Assembly: GCA_022705425.1 (NCBI GenBank) | Contig: JAKJEM010000001.1 | Location: 260,515-324,514, forward strand | DNA from: Planctomycetota bacterium | GTDB taxonomy: Bacteria > Planctomycetota > Brocadiia > CAIUPP01 | Length of the DNA: 64,000 bases | Direction of reading: 5' to 3' | Shown here: positions 18,642-28,266 of the stretch, in pieces | Numbering within the stretch: position 1 is the stretch's first letter | Layout of the letters: each line of letters starts with the position of its first letter | Notes under the pieces: model-generated | Told to the model about the DNA's origin: nothing | The model's database searches: none | What the model saw: the letters and a program-made list of their open reading frames with translations, nothing else | Made by a program: the position numbers and the translations under genes

Positions 18642-19658
18642 TCAGGGGATGACGACGGCCTTCAGGTCCGCGCCCTGGGGGCGGGCCAGGCGGTGGAAGG
18701 CCGCGACGGCTTCGGCCAGCGGGAAGCGCCTCACCCCCGCGCCGGGCCTCATCCGGCCTTCGGCCAGCAGTTGCGCCGCCAGCAGGAACTCCTCTTCCGT
18801 TGCGGCATACGAGCCGATAACGGTCTTCTGCGGCAGGGTGATGCCGTAGGTCGCCAGCGTCATGGCGTCCTCGTGCAGGCCGATCCAGCAGGCGCCGCCG
18901 CCGGGGCGGAGCATCGCCAGCGCCTGCGCCTTGGTGGCGGCGCTGCCCACGGCGTCTATGACGTAATCCACGCCGTCCTCGCCGGCGAAGTCCAGCCCGG
19001 CCTTCGCGGCATCCTCCTGCCGCGCGTTCACGGTGCGCTCCGCGCCCAGCTCGCGGGCGATGGCCAGGCGTTCGGCGCTGACGTCGGCCACGGCCACGCG
19101 CGCGCCGCACAACGCCCGCGCCGCCTGCGCGCACATCAGCCCGATCACCCCTGCGCCGAAGACGAAGACGCTGCGCTTCTCCAGGTGCGGCAGCAGCCGG
19201 GCGGCATGGACGCCGTTGGCCGCCGGCTCGACCAGCGCGCCCAGGACCGGGTCCATTCCCTTGGGCCGTTGATAGAGCACGGACGCCGGGGCCGCGACGT
19301 ACTCGGCGCACGCCCCCGGACGGTGCATGCCGAACAGGCGGCGCTCGGGGCACAGGTTCGTATCCCCGCGCCGGCAGGCAGGGCACGCGCGGCAGGGGAC
19401 GACGGAGTTGGCGATGACGGCATCGCCGGGGCGCAGCGTCGTGACGCCGGCCCCCACGCGCTCGACGCGCCCGCAGAACTCATGCCCCAGCACCAGCGGC
19501 GGCCGGCGTCGCGGAAGACGCTTCAGAAAGCACTCGATCTCGGACCCGCAGATCCCGCACGCCTCGACGCGGATGAGCGCCTCGCCCGCCTGGGGTTCGG
19601 GACAGGGGAGGTCTGCCAGCTCGAGAAGTTCCCAGTCCTTGTACAGAAGCGCCTTCAT
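18642..19658 (-). CDS. Zinc-dependent alcohol/sugar-alcohol dehydrogenase (MDR)
   Basis: CGICGSE, GHEF, CRACPAC...C structural Zn, GAGVIG. Confidence 0.9.
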   Translation of the reverse strand: MKALLYKDWELLELADLPCPEPQAGEALIRVEACGICGSEIECFLKRLPRRRPPLVLGHEFCGRVERVGAGVTTLRPGDAVIANSVVPCRACPACRRGDTNLCPERRLFGMHRPGACAEYVAAPASVLYQRPKGMDPVLGALVEPAANGVHAARLLPHLEKRSVFVFGAGVIGLMCAQAARALCGARVAVADVSAERLAIARELGAERTVNARQEDAAKAGLDFAGEDGVDYVIDAVGSAATKAQALAMLRPGGGACWIGLHEDAMTLATYGITLPQKTVIGSYAATEEEFLLAAQLLAEGRMRPGAGVRRFPLAEAVAAFHRLARPQGADLKAVVIP

Positions 19659-19718
19659 GGCAGATCACCCTTCCCTTCGACCTCGGCGTGCGGCAGCCAT
19701 TCCTGAGGATCCCCGGCC

Positions 19719-21488
19719 TCAGCGGCAGGCGGCCTTGAAGTTGCCGACGGCCTCGGAGGTCCGCAGGGCGCGACCATACAGCCTAAGCAGAAGCAGGCGT
19801 CCCTGCAAGCCTGTCGCCAGCCGCGCCTGGGGCGAGCCGTTGGCCGAGACGAACCAGGGGCTGAAGCGCCCCCAGCCGAAGGCGCGTTCCGCCCCGCCAT
19901 CGCCCAGCCGCCCGTCCACGACCAGGGTGATCACACGCGGCCCGCCATCCACCGTCACGACGACATGGCGCCGCCGTCCGGCCTCAAGAACCCCGACGTC
20001 ACTCGTCCAGCGGGCCTCGGTCTGGCCGTCGTTCAAGAGGACCTCGACCCTTCCCTGTTCAGCCGTGCGCACACACAGCCCTTGTCCGCCGGGGAGCCGG
20101 CTGTCCAGGATGCCCTGTCCCGGAGATGCGGCGGCGAAGTCCGCCATGAACTCGATGCTGAATCCGTGCCGCAGCGACAGCGCCCCGAAGTCCGGGCGGC
20201 TGCTGTCCCGCACGCAGAAGGCCGGCAGGGGGGGCATGGGGCGCTCTCCCGTCAGGCCCGCCTCGTCGGCGAAGGACACCAGCTCCTCGCCGGCAACGCG
20301 CCCCGCCGACTCGAACTGCCCCCACAGGCCTTCGACCAACTCGCGGCTGACTTCATGAACGCGCCCGAGATTTTTCTGGGTCTCGGTGATGAAGTAGCGC
20401 CCGCCGTCCTCGATCAGGTCGGGATAGCTGATTCGGACGAAGGGGTCGTCGTCATAGAGGACGATCTCCGGCTGCGACCAGCGGATCACGCGGCCCTCGG
20501 GGCCGTCGGCCTCGACACCGCCGGCGAGCCAGGCCGGATTGCGCCAGTCCCAACTGCGCCCGCCGTTGTGGTGGAACCAGAGCAGGAACTTCCCATTGGC
20601 GCAGCGCCAGGCGAAGCACGCCGCGCGGGGAGTCTTGATGCGGCGGCCATCCGCAAAGGCGGCATAGGCGGGAACGCTCCAGGTGCGACCGCCATCGCGG
20701 CTGTAGGCGCAGGCGGGGTGCCCGTCGCGCGTGCGGTAGATACAGTGAAAGGAGCCGTCGCTCAGGGGCGCAACGCTTTGCTCCTCGGCCACCGTTCCGC
20801 CGCCGGGGGGCGTCCGCAGTCCGACATCTCCCTCCGGCCAGGTATGCCACGCGGCCTTGGCGGGGTCGGACACCGTCAGCAGGTCGGGGCTGTGGAGCAG
20901 CGCGCCCTCGGACTGTCCGAACCCCATGTCGCGGAGTTTGATGAGCGGGCAGTACACCTCGCCCTTGTGGATGAAGGGCCGCCCGACGTTCCAGAAGAAG
21001 CGCACCTCCCCGCCGTAGAGGTTCTGGCGATCGCAGGCGAAATCCCGGACCGGAACGACGTAGCGTTCCCGCGACCAGGTGCGCCCGCCGTCGTCGGTGT
21101 ACCGGAAGACGTAGTCGCCCAGCGTGTCCACTCTGCGGCAAAGGCCGTCCTTGAAGGGCGGATTGCAGGCGCGGACCTCGCGGAGGTTGCGCGCGTTGTA
21201 GTTGTAGAAGCAGTAGATCCGTCCCCCTGGCGTCTTGAGGAGGACGGAGTAGGCCGATTCGGGGCCGTTCGGGCTCTCCAGCGGCACGGGTTCGGACCAG
21301 GTGCGTCCAAGGTCCGTGCTGCGCATCGAACGCACGTGCTGGCCCGGCTCCCCCTCATGGCCGGGGCCCGTCGTCACGGTGCACAGCCATGCGCCGTCCT
21401 CCGTGCGTACGACATAGGGCTGGTCGGCATAGCGAAGCGTCGGGAAGGGGTACCCTTCGACGATCAGGCGCGGGTCGCGCGGCGGCAT
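19719..21488 (-). CDS. BNR/Asp-box sialidase-like protein with C-terminal LamG-like domain
   Basis: Asp boxes STDLGRTW, TDDGGRTW, SRDGGRTW; C-terminal HVVVTVD...LVVDG...LRLYGRAL. Confidence 0.8.
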   Translation of the reverse strand: MPPRDPRLIVEGYPFPTLRYADQPYVVRTEDGAWLCTVTTGPGHEGEPGQHVRSMRSTDLGRTWSEPVPLESPNGPESAYSVLLKTPGGRIYCFYNYNARNLREVRACNPPFKDGLCRRVDTLGDYVFRYTDDGGRTWSRERYVVPVRDFACDRQNLYGGEVRFFWNVGRPFIHKGEVYCPLIKLRDMGFGQSEGALLHSPDLLTVSDPAKAAWHTWPEGDVGLRTPPGGGTVAEEQSVAPLSDGSFHCIYRTRDGHPACAYSRDGGRTWSVPAYAAFADGRRIKTPRAACFAWRCANGKFLLWFHHNGGRSWDWRNPAWLAGGVEADGPEGRVIRWSQPEIVLYDDDPFVRISYPDLIEDGGRYFITETQKNLGRVHEVSRELVEGLWGQFESAGRVAGEELVSFADEAGLTGERPMPPLPAFCVRDSSRPDFGALSLRHGFSIEFMADFAAASPGQGILDSRLPGGQGLCVRTAEQGRVEVLLNDGQTEARWTSDVGVLEAGRRRHVVVTVDGGPRVITLVVDGRLGDGGAERAFGWGRFSPWFVSANGSPQARLATGLQGRLLLLRLYGRALRTSEAVGNFKAACR

Positions 21489-21501
21489 GGCGGACTCCTT
21501 G

Positions 21502-24500
21502 TCATTCCAGAACGAGCACTTCGGCCTCTTCGAGGCGGGGCAGGCGAATCACAACGTCGTCGCCGCGACGCTCGAAGGGCATCTGCTCCCCCGACCAGGC
21601 GGAGCGAACGGCCTTGACCGCTCCGGCGTTGCGGATCGTAACCGCCGGCTGCTCAACCAGAGCCAGCAGCGTGCGGGCGCCGGGGAACTCCAGGGGGGAG
21701 TCGGGGCGTCCAGACATCGTGTCGTTCGAGTTGGCCGCCTTGTAGGCCCAGTTCAGGAGCACGACCGCGCGCGCGCCGGACACCGGATGGCGCAGGTAGA
21801 TCACCTCGGAGCAGGGCGCATCCAGGAGAACCGGCGGCTCGACCCCGGCCCGCAGCGCCGGGGCGGCGATGCAGGCGCGCTTGGCCGGACTGAAGTCGCG
21901 CGACATGTCGTAGCCGGGCTTGAGGATATCGGCGCTGTACTCGAGGCCGGGATAGAAGCCGGCCACATAGGCCGCGCCCTTCTGCCAGGGGTGCCGGGTG
22001 AGCGCCGGCTTGCCGTCGGCGAAGCGCGCCAGGACCTGCGCGCCGGGGCCGGGGTCCAGCGGCTCGCGCCCGACGGCCAGCGAAAACTCTCCGGCAAGGT
22101 CCCCTTCGCCGCGCAGGGCGGCCTCCGGCGGAAGGGGCTTGTCCTTCTGAAGCGGGTGGAAACTCGCCAGCGACACCGCACCGTAGCGGGAGACGGAACT
22201 CCACATTTCCAAAGGCGGGCGCGACGCCAGGCCCAGAGCCGGTTGCAGCGCGGCCAGCGGCCGTCCGGCTTCGTCGCGCGAAAGCCCCCCGGCGCTGGTG
22301 TAGAGCACGCCGCCCTGCGCCACCCACGCCGCCAGCTTCTCCGCCGAGGCGCGCCGCAGATGCGTGCCGCTGACGTAGATGACCTTGTAGGCGCCCAGGT
22401 CCTCCGACTCGATCAGGCCTTCATCGAGCGCGTCCACGGGGAGATGGGCGTGCATCAGCGCCGCGTACACCCACTTGCCGTTCTCCCACGAGGCGTTGTT
22501 TTCGAAGTACTCCGATGTCAGGGGCCGGACGACGGCGATGCGGGCCGGCACGGCCGGACGCGCGCCGTAGAGAGCTTCCTCCGCCGCGCCGATGAGCCGC
22601 GCCGCGCGGCTTGTGGCCGCCAGGGCCGTCGGACTGGCGGAGAAGCTGTCGCCCTTGGTCCAGTTGGGGCCGTAGGTGTACCAGAAGATGACCTTGCAGC
22701 CGTGCGCAACGGCCGTCAAGGCGCGCTGAATCGGCGCGCCCCGATGGGGTTTGACGTAGATGCCGAAGCGGGAGTTCAGCCGGCCCTCGATCGTGGCGCC
22801 CACGGCGCAGAGGTAGCTATCCCACTGCCAGACGCGGGCGTCGCGGTTCGAGGTTTCATACATGAACCCGTTGTCCGCCTGGCGGTAGAAATCGAAGAAA
22901 TCGAGACTTGCTCCGCCCATGAGGAAGGTGTTCCCGCGCAGGGAGTACGAGTAAACCCAGGGCTGCCGCGCCTCGGGGGAGTCCGGGCGGCCCTCGGCCA
23001 GGGCCTGCTTCTTGCGAGCGTTCTGCTCCTCAAAGTAGCGGCGCTGAGGGGCGAACATGGAGGCCGAGACGTCGTTATTGAATCGCCGCGTGCAGTAGGT
23101 CAACAGCGCGCGGCCCGATTCGGGCAGAGGGATCGGCGGGGGAGGGGCGACGGAAGTGTTGCGGCGGGCGGTCGAAGCGCGACGCGCCGGGGCCTCGTCG
23201 TCCCCCTGGTCCACCACGTTCGCATCCGGGTCATCGGCCTCGGCGGGGGCGGTTTCGCGCGGCTGGGTCGTTGCCGGAGGCGTTCGCGAGGGGGCGACTT
23301 CGAGCGCTTTGGCCAGTGCCTCGCGCTCCTGCCGGGCGCTTTCCGCTGTCTTGGCGGCGGTCTCGGCGGCCTTCTTCTCGGCGTACGGAATGTCCCAGTA
23401 CCCCCACACGGGGCGCACCGCTTCCCAGTCCGCCGCGCCGAAGTCGGCCAGTCCGTAACCCAGCTTCTGCACGTAGTCGCGGAAAGCCTTCCGGCAGTGC
23501 GGGCAGCAGCCCATGTGGCTCTTTCGCTCCGGCGTGCGGTCGAAGACCGAGCCGATCTCGTCCACGGTGAGGAACCAGTATTCCTCCACGGGCGTCTTGC
23601 GTACCGTTTCATCCATGAGCCTGGCCGCCGCCGCGCGGACGTTCTCGGCCAGGTTCGGGCGGGAAGGATGGAAGGGGCAGCCGGCCGTCGCGTCGGGGGC
23701 GTCGGGGTCGAATCCGGGCACGGGATAGCCGATGCCGTGCGACAGCCGCACGCGCGTGAACTCCGCGCCGATCCCCTCGCGCGCGCGGATCATCTCCGAG
23801 GCGAACCCCGGCGCGCCGCGCAGCCCGTTTACGCCGATCTGCCGTAGCGCGCGGAACTCGTTGAGCAGCGTCTGGCGATTGGTGGTCCGAATCCCGTAGC
23901 CCGCCCCGGCGCCATAGCCGTAACAGTCGGTGACGAAGGCGGTCCGGCGGGGGAGGGGCAGGCTCGCCCAGGGCAGGGCTTCCAGCCAGGCCACGCGCCG
24001 GTCGGCGTAAGCCGCCAGGCCCGTCGTTTCGGCCAGGAAGGCCTGGTCCGGCGTCTCGGCCACGCCCAGGCGATGGAGGGGAAGGTAGATGCCCACCGTC
24101 GGGCCGTCCGGTCCCGCCTCGGTGAAGGTCTTCAGTGTTCGCCCGCCTTGCGCCACCTCGAACTCGACGACGATCTGCTTGAGCGTTCCCCGACTGGCCC
24201 CGCGGCTCTTCATGCCCTCCAGGGTCACCGTCAGGAAGGTCCCCCCGCTGCGGCGGAACTCCGTCATCGGCACCGGCCAGGTCCAGACGCCCGGCTTGAG
24301 CCAGTAGGTGTCGCTCAGCCGCCCCTTCTCGATGAAGTAGTCCTTCTCCTCGCGGATGGGCCCGGCGCGCCCGTCGAGGTCGTCGAACAGCGCCTTGTCG
24401 TCGCTGTCCTTGCGTCCCGTGCCGGCCACGAACTCCTGCGAACTGGGGGCCTGGAGCGTCTTCGGGGAGACGACCGGGAAGATGCCGGAAACGACGTCGC

Positions 24501-24687
24501 CGCCGAGCCCCTCGCCGCCCCAGCGCCAGTGGAATCGCACCGGCTCGCGGGGGGTCATCTCGATGACGCGCAGGCGCAGGGTGACTTGCGGCAGCAGGGC
24601 GGAGGCCCTTCCGCGCGGCGCGGCGGCGGGCGCGCCGCACAGGCACAGGGCGGCTGCGACGGCCAGGCACAGGGCGGCTGCACGCAT
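21502..24687 (-). CDS. Large secreted protein with GH42-like/beta-galactosidase trimerisation-type C-terminus
   Basis: Signal peptide; TVDEIG..CCPHC; ARIAVV..., YKVIYVSG, WVAQGGVL, RHPWQKGAAY; internal low-complexity linker. Confidence 0.6.
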   Translation of the reverse strand: MRAAALCLAVAAALCLCGAPAAAPRGRASALLPQVTLRLRVIEMTPREPVRFHWRWGGEGLGGDVVSGIFPVVSPKTLQAPSSQEFVAGTGRKDSDDKALFDDLDGRAGPIREEKDYFIEKGRLSDTYWLKPGVWTWPVPMTEFRRSGGTFLTVTLEGMKSRGASRGTLKQIVVEFEVAQGGRTLKTFTEAGPDGPTVGIYLPLHRLGVAETPDQAFLAETTGLAAYADRRVAWLEALPWASLPLPRRTAFVTDCYGYGAGAGYGIRTTNRQTLLNEFRALRQIGVNGLRGAPGFASEMIRAREGIGAEFTRVRLSHGIGYPVPGFDPDAPDATAGCPFHPSRPNLAENVRAAAARLMDETVRKTPVEEYWFLTVDEIGSVFDRTPERKSHMGCCPHCRKAFRDYVQKLGYGLADFGAADWEAVRPVWGYWDIPYAEKKAAETAAKTAESARQEREALAKALEVAPSRTPPATTQPRETAPAEADDPDANVVDQGDDEAPARRASTARRNTSVAPPPPIPLPESGRALLTYCTRRFNNDVSASMFAPQRRYFEEQNARKKQALAEGRPDSPEARQPWVYSYSLRGNTFLMGGASLDFFDFYRQADNGFMYETSNRDARVWQWDSYLCAVGATIEGRLNSRFGIYVKPHRGAPIQRALTAVAHGCKVIFWYTYGPNWTKGDSFSASPTALAATSRAARLIGAAEEALYGARPAVPARIAVVRPLTSEYFENNASWENGKWVYAALMHAHLPVDALDEGLIESEDLGAYKVIYVSGTHLRRASAEKLAAWVAQGGVLYTSAGGLSRDEAGRPLAALQPALGLASRPPLEMWSSVSRYGAVSLASFHPLQKDKPLPPEAALRGEGDLAGEFSLAVGREPLDPGPGAQVLARFADGKPALTRHPWQKGAAYVAGFYPGLEYSADILKPGYDMSRDFSPAKRACIAAPALRAGVEPPVLLDAPCSEVIYLRHPVSGARAVVLLNWAYKAANSNDTMSGRPDSPLEFPGARTLLALVEQPAVTIRNAGAVKAVRSAWSGEQMPFERRGDDVVIRLPRLEEAEVLVLE

Positions 24688-24729
24688 CGCTCGCCTCTCC
24701 AGCGGTATGGCGTCTTTCGTCCGACCCGG

Positions 24730-27051
24730 CTACCGACCTGCCGGCGCTGCGGGGCGGGCCGCCGGCGGGGGCGGGGGCGCGGGGGGCTGGCCGGTGTAGA
24801 TCATCACCGGCTTGATGATGCCGCCCAGCAGCAATTCCGTAATCGAACGGTGGTCAACTTTGACGGCGACGACGTTCTCCTTGCCGGGAATGAGCTTGCC
24901 GGTGATCTCGACTTCGTTGGGCACGCGGCCCCGCGTGAACTCGCCGACCGGCTCGCCGTTGAGGAAGACCTTGGTGGGCCGCCCGTCAATCTCCGCGAAC
25001 CAGAGCGTCACCGGCCCCTGGGGAATCTGCGCCGGAGCGGTGAAGGACGTGCGGTACCACAGGAAAGTCAGCACTTCGGGAATGCCCTGCTGGCTGAGGG
25101 TATTGGAGTACGTCTTCACCTTGCGCCAGCCCTCGGCGGGAAGGTCCGGCTTCTGCCAGCCGGCGGCTTCGCCCTCATCCTTCGTATCGTAGCGGAAGAG
25201 CCACTCGTCGGGAAGCTGAAGGAGCATCTTGCAGTCGCCGGTCGTGCGGGCGAACCCCTGCTCGATCGGCTGAGACAGGAATCGCCGCGTGTAGCCCTGC
25301 TTGTACTCGCCGATGCTGTGGACACGCGCCGTGTAGGCCGCGTCCATGTGGGCCTGCCAGGCCGTCAGAATCTCCTTTGCCTTCACGAAATCGCACCGGT
25401 TCGTGGCCTCGCGCACGGCCAGGAAGCAGCGCGCATTCTCCAGGCCCATGCGGAACATCTCCACCCGCTTCCGAACGAGGTCCGTATCGGCGACGCGCGC
25501 CGCCGCGTCGAGGTCGGCGGTGCACGCCGCCAGCAACTGCGGCGTCCAGAAGACGTGGTTCGAGTAGAAACTTCCGGAGTGCGCCGGGCTCGTGGCTACG
25601 GCCTTGTCAATCCGCTCCCAGTAGGCCTTGACGTGCGGCGCCGCCGGCCCGCAGAAGCGCGTGTAGAAATCATCCATCACCGCGTCCACGTCCAGGTCGG
25701 CCTTCCACATCATGCGCGCGGCCAGGTAGGTGTGCGGCCCGTAGATGTGCCACATCGCCAGGCACTCGATGTTGACGCCCACGCAGCCGCGCTGCTTGAG
25801 GTAGGGGAAGTCGTGCCGCCACACGTTCACCTTGGAGAAGGGCACCGTCAGTTCGGCCACCTGGTAGTTGTACTCGCGCCAGCCGATCTTGGAGACGACG
25901 TTGCTCCAGCCCTCGACGACGCTCTTGCAGCGCTGGCGCGACTCGCACACGGGGCTGCCGAGGGGATGCAGGCGGCAGAAGCGCAGGGGCGCGATCCACG
26001 CGCAGAGGTTGTCCGGCGACTTGACGGGGCGCTTCGGGGGGATCGAGTAGTCGGCATAGGCGTAGAAGTTGAGCACGGCGTTCGGGTTGATCTTGCGCAC
26101 TCCCTCGGCCACGGCGTTGAAGAAGAGGATGTACCGGTCCGACATGGCCACGCGACCGGAGCTCACCTCGATGTTCGTCGGATCGTCGAGGGCCTTGCAG
26201 GTGTCGCATTCGCAATAGGCCGTACCGTCCGGCGGGGAAATGGAGATCGAGGCGAAGCCCTTGTCCTTGACCTGTTCGCCGATGGTCTCGATGAAGATGC
26301 GGATGACGTCGGGGTTGGTGGTGCAGACCCATCCGCCCGGCTTCCGCACGCCGCCGCGGAGGGCGTAGTACTCCGGGTGCTCCGCCGCGTATTTCTGCGG
26401 CGGCACGTTGCCCCAGGCATGCCCGGCGTTGGCCGGCAGGCCGCCCAGGCGGTTGCGGCGTCCCCAGACGGCCGAGCCGCCCCAGTTCGGCCCCCACATG
26501 CGGCGCGCGGCGAAGTCCGGCTTCTCCGCCGCATCCAGCTTGTCGGCCACGATGGTCTTCATCTCCGGGACGACCTCGCCGATCGGGTTGTCGAAGAACC
26601 AGCGGCAACCGAGCGTTTCGAGGAAATGGCTCACGGCGAAGGAGGTCGAATCCGGCGTTTCGCCGGCGAGCATCAGGAGGTTGTCGCGCACGAGGACGCG
26701 GTAACCGTCGCCGCTGATGGTTTCCGGCGGCTTGGGCATTCCCAGATCAAGCGCCAACGCTCCGACGATCACCGCCGGGCGCCCGGCCTCGGGGCGCGCG
26801 CCCTTCTCCACCGCCTTGACCTCCACGGCGGCCCCCGACATCATCTGAAGGTACTTGGCCAGTTCGCGGGCGGCGTCGGCGTCGCTCAGCGGGCGTCGCG
26901 CGGCGGGCCGCGCCGCGGAGGCGTCGGCATAGTGCCAGATGGCCGCCGCCGGCTGGCCGTCGCGGACGATCTCGACGGCCGCAGGGACGGAGGCCGGGGC
27001 CACAAACAAGGAGAGAAGGGCCGCCGCAGTCCACGCGCGCTGTGTCCTCAT
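24730..27051 (-). CDS. DUF4838-domain secreted protein with C-terminal sugar-binding jelly-roll
   Basis: Signal peptide; LETLGCRWF, HPEYYA, CTTNPDV, PPDG..YCECDTC, YL.ARMMW; C-terminal WLFRYD...WYRTSF..; real start is ATG 27051, not 28887. Confidence 0.8.
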   Translation of the reverse strand: MRTQRAWTAAALLSLFVAPASVPAAVEIVRDGQPAAAIWHYADASAARPAARRPLSDADAARELAKYLQMMSGAAVEVKAVEKGARPEAGRPAVIVGALALDLGMPKPPETISGDGYRVLVRDNLLMLAGETPDSTSFAVSHFLETLGCRWFFDNPIGEVVPEMKTIVADKLDAAEKPDFAARRMWGPNWGGSAVWGRRNRLGGLPANAGHAWGNVPPQKYAAEHPEYYALRGGVRKPGGWVCTTNPDVIRIFIETIGEQVKDKGFASISISPPDGTAYCECDTCKALDDPTNIEVSSGRVAMSDRYILFFNAVAEGVRKINPNAVLNFYAYADYSIPPKRPVKSPDNLCAWIAPLRFCRLHPLGSPVCESRQRCKSVVEGWSNVVSKIGWREYNYQVAELTVPFSKVNVWRHDFPYLKQRGCVGVNIECLAMWHIYGPHTYLAARMMWKADLDVDAVMDDFYTRFCGPAAPHVKAYWERIDKAVATSPAHSGSFYSNHVFWTPQLLAACTADLDAAARVADTDLVRKRVEMFRMGLENARCFLAVREATNRCDFVKAKEILTAWQAHMDAAYTARVHSIGEYKQGYTRRFLSQPIEQGFARTTGDCKMLLQLPDEWLFRYDTKDEGEAAGWQKPDLPAEGWRKVKTYSNTLSQQGIPEVLTFLWYRTSFTAPAQIPQGPVTLWFAEIDGRPTKVFLNGEPVGEFTRGRVPNEVEITGKLIPGKENVVAVKVDHRSITELLLGGIIKPVMIYTGQPPAPPPPPAARPAAPAGR

Positions 27052-27144
27052 GGAGTTGCTCCCGCTGCACTGGAAGGGGAAGAGAACAAAATCCATTATA
27101 CCGGAGACGCTCCGTCGTGCGCCACGTTTTGCGTCAGAAGGAAC

Positions 27145-27173
27145 TTGACTTGCTTTCGGGGCGATGCTACCAT
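27145..27173 (+). promoter_or_regulatory. sigma70-like promoter for LacI/DUF1559 operon
   Basis: TTGACT-17-TACCAT with TGn extension; a divergent TATAAT lies on the minus strand at 27095-27100. Confidence 0.7.
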
Positions 27174-27187
27174 GAATATATAGTACC

Positions 27188-27199
27188 GCTAACGTTAGC
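27188..27199. promoter_or_regulatory. LacI-type operator palindrome GCTAACGTTAGC
   Basis: Perfect 12-bp palindrome with central CG, 14 nt downstream of the -10 box and 32 nt upstream of the LacI ATG. Confidence 0.7.
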
Positions 27200-27231
27200 A
27201 TAACCGCGCGGCTTATGCAAGGCGCTTGGCG

Positions 27232-28224
27232 ATGCCGACGCTGAAGGACATTGCGGCGCAGACTGGGTACCACGTGACCACCGTGTCGCGGGTTCTCACG
27301 GACAAGGGCGACCGCGTGATCTCTCCCGCGGCGCGGGAACGCATTCTCGCCGTCGCGCAGGACCTTGACTATCAACCCCACTTCCTCGCCCGCAGCCTCC
27401 GGCGGCGTCGGACCTTCCTCATCGGCGTGGCCGGCTCCCTCTTCGGCTCCGAAACGCGCGCCATGCAGATGCGCAGTCTCGTCGGACCCTTCGAGAAACA
27501 CGGATACGGCCTCCTCTTCCAGGACTCCTACAACCTCTTCGCCGCCGAAAAGCGCGCCGTCCGCGAGCTGGTGACGAAGGGGGTCGAGGGCCTTATCCTT
27601 CAGTCCTACGCCGGCGAAGCGGAACTCGCCGAGATGCTGCCCGCGAACATCCCCTGCCTGCTGCTGGTCGAGCGTCCGGTCAAGGCGGCGCCTTGCGTGG
27701 TCATGGACTATGCCGCCGGGGCGGCGCTGGCGGTGCGGCGGCTGGCGGAGATGGGACATCGCCGGATCGCCTGGCTGCGCATCGGGCGCGTGACCGGCGC
27801 GCAGCGCTACGAGGGCTACTGCCGGGCGATGGAGGCGCTGGGCCTGCGCGACGACGCCCTGGCCCCGGAGATGACCGGCGAGCGCGGCTTCGTCCGGCAA
27901 TACGTCATCGAGCGCGCCGACTTCTTCCGCTCCGTCACCGCCATCCTGGCGCCCGGCGACCGCTGGGCGGGCGAGGCCGTCGGCGGCCTGCGCTGCATCG
28001 GGCTTCGCGTGCCCGAGGACGTCTCCGTCGTGGGCTATGACGATTCCGAGTTTGCCTTCGCCGCCGATCCGCCGCTGGCCTCGATCCGCCACCCGCATGA
28101 GGAGGTCGGCCAGACGGCAACGGCGATGATGCTGGCGCTGATCGAAGGGCGTCGTCCGGGACACGCCGTGCTGGCGCCGCAGTTTGTCGAGCGGGCCTCC
28201 GCAGGCCCGTGTCGTCGCGCGTGA
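27232..28224 (+). CDS. LacI family transcriptional regulator
   Basis: TLKDIAAQTGYHVTTVSRVL HTH; LDYQPHFLARSL; VPEDVSVVGYDD; LASIRHP. Confidence 0.95.
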   Translation: MPTLKDIAAQTGYHVTTVSRVLTDKGDRVISPAARERILAVAQDLDYQPHFLARSLRRRRTFLIGVAGSLFGSETRAMQMRSLVGPFEKHGYGLLFQDSYNLFAAEKRAVRELVTKGVEGLILQSYAGEAELAEMLPANIPCLLLVERPVKAAPCVVMDYAAGAALAVRRLAEMGHRRIAWLRIGRVTGAQRYEGYCRAMEALGLRDDALAPEMTGERGFVRQYVIERADFFRSVTAILAPGDRWAGEAVGGLRCIGLRVPEDVSVVGYDDSEFAFAADPPLASIRHPHEEVGQTATAMMLALIEGRRPGHAVLAPQFVERASAGPCRRA

Positions 28225-28266
28225 CGTCGCGCGGGCCGAAAGGTCCGAGCCGAAGGAGGGAGAGTC

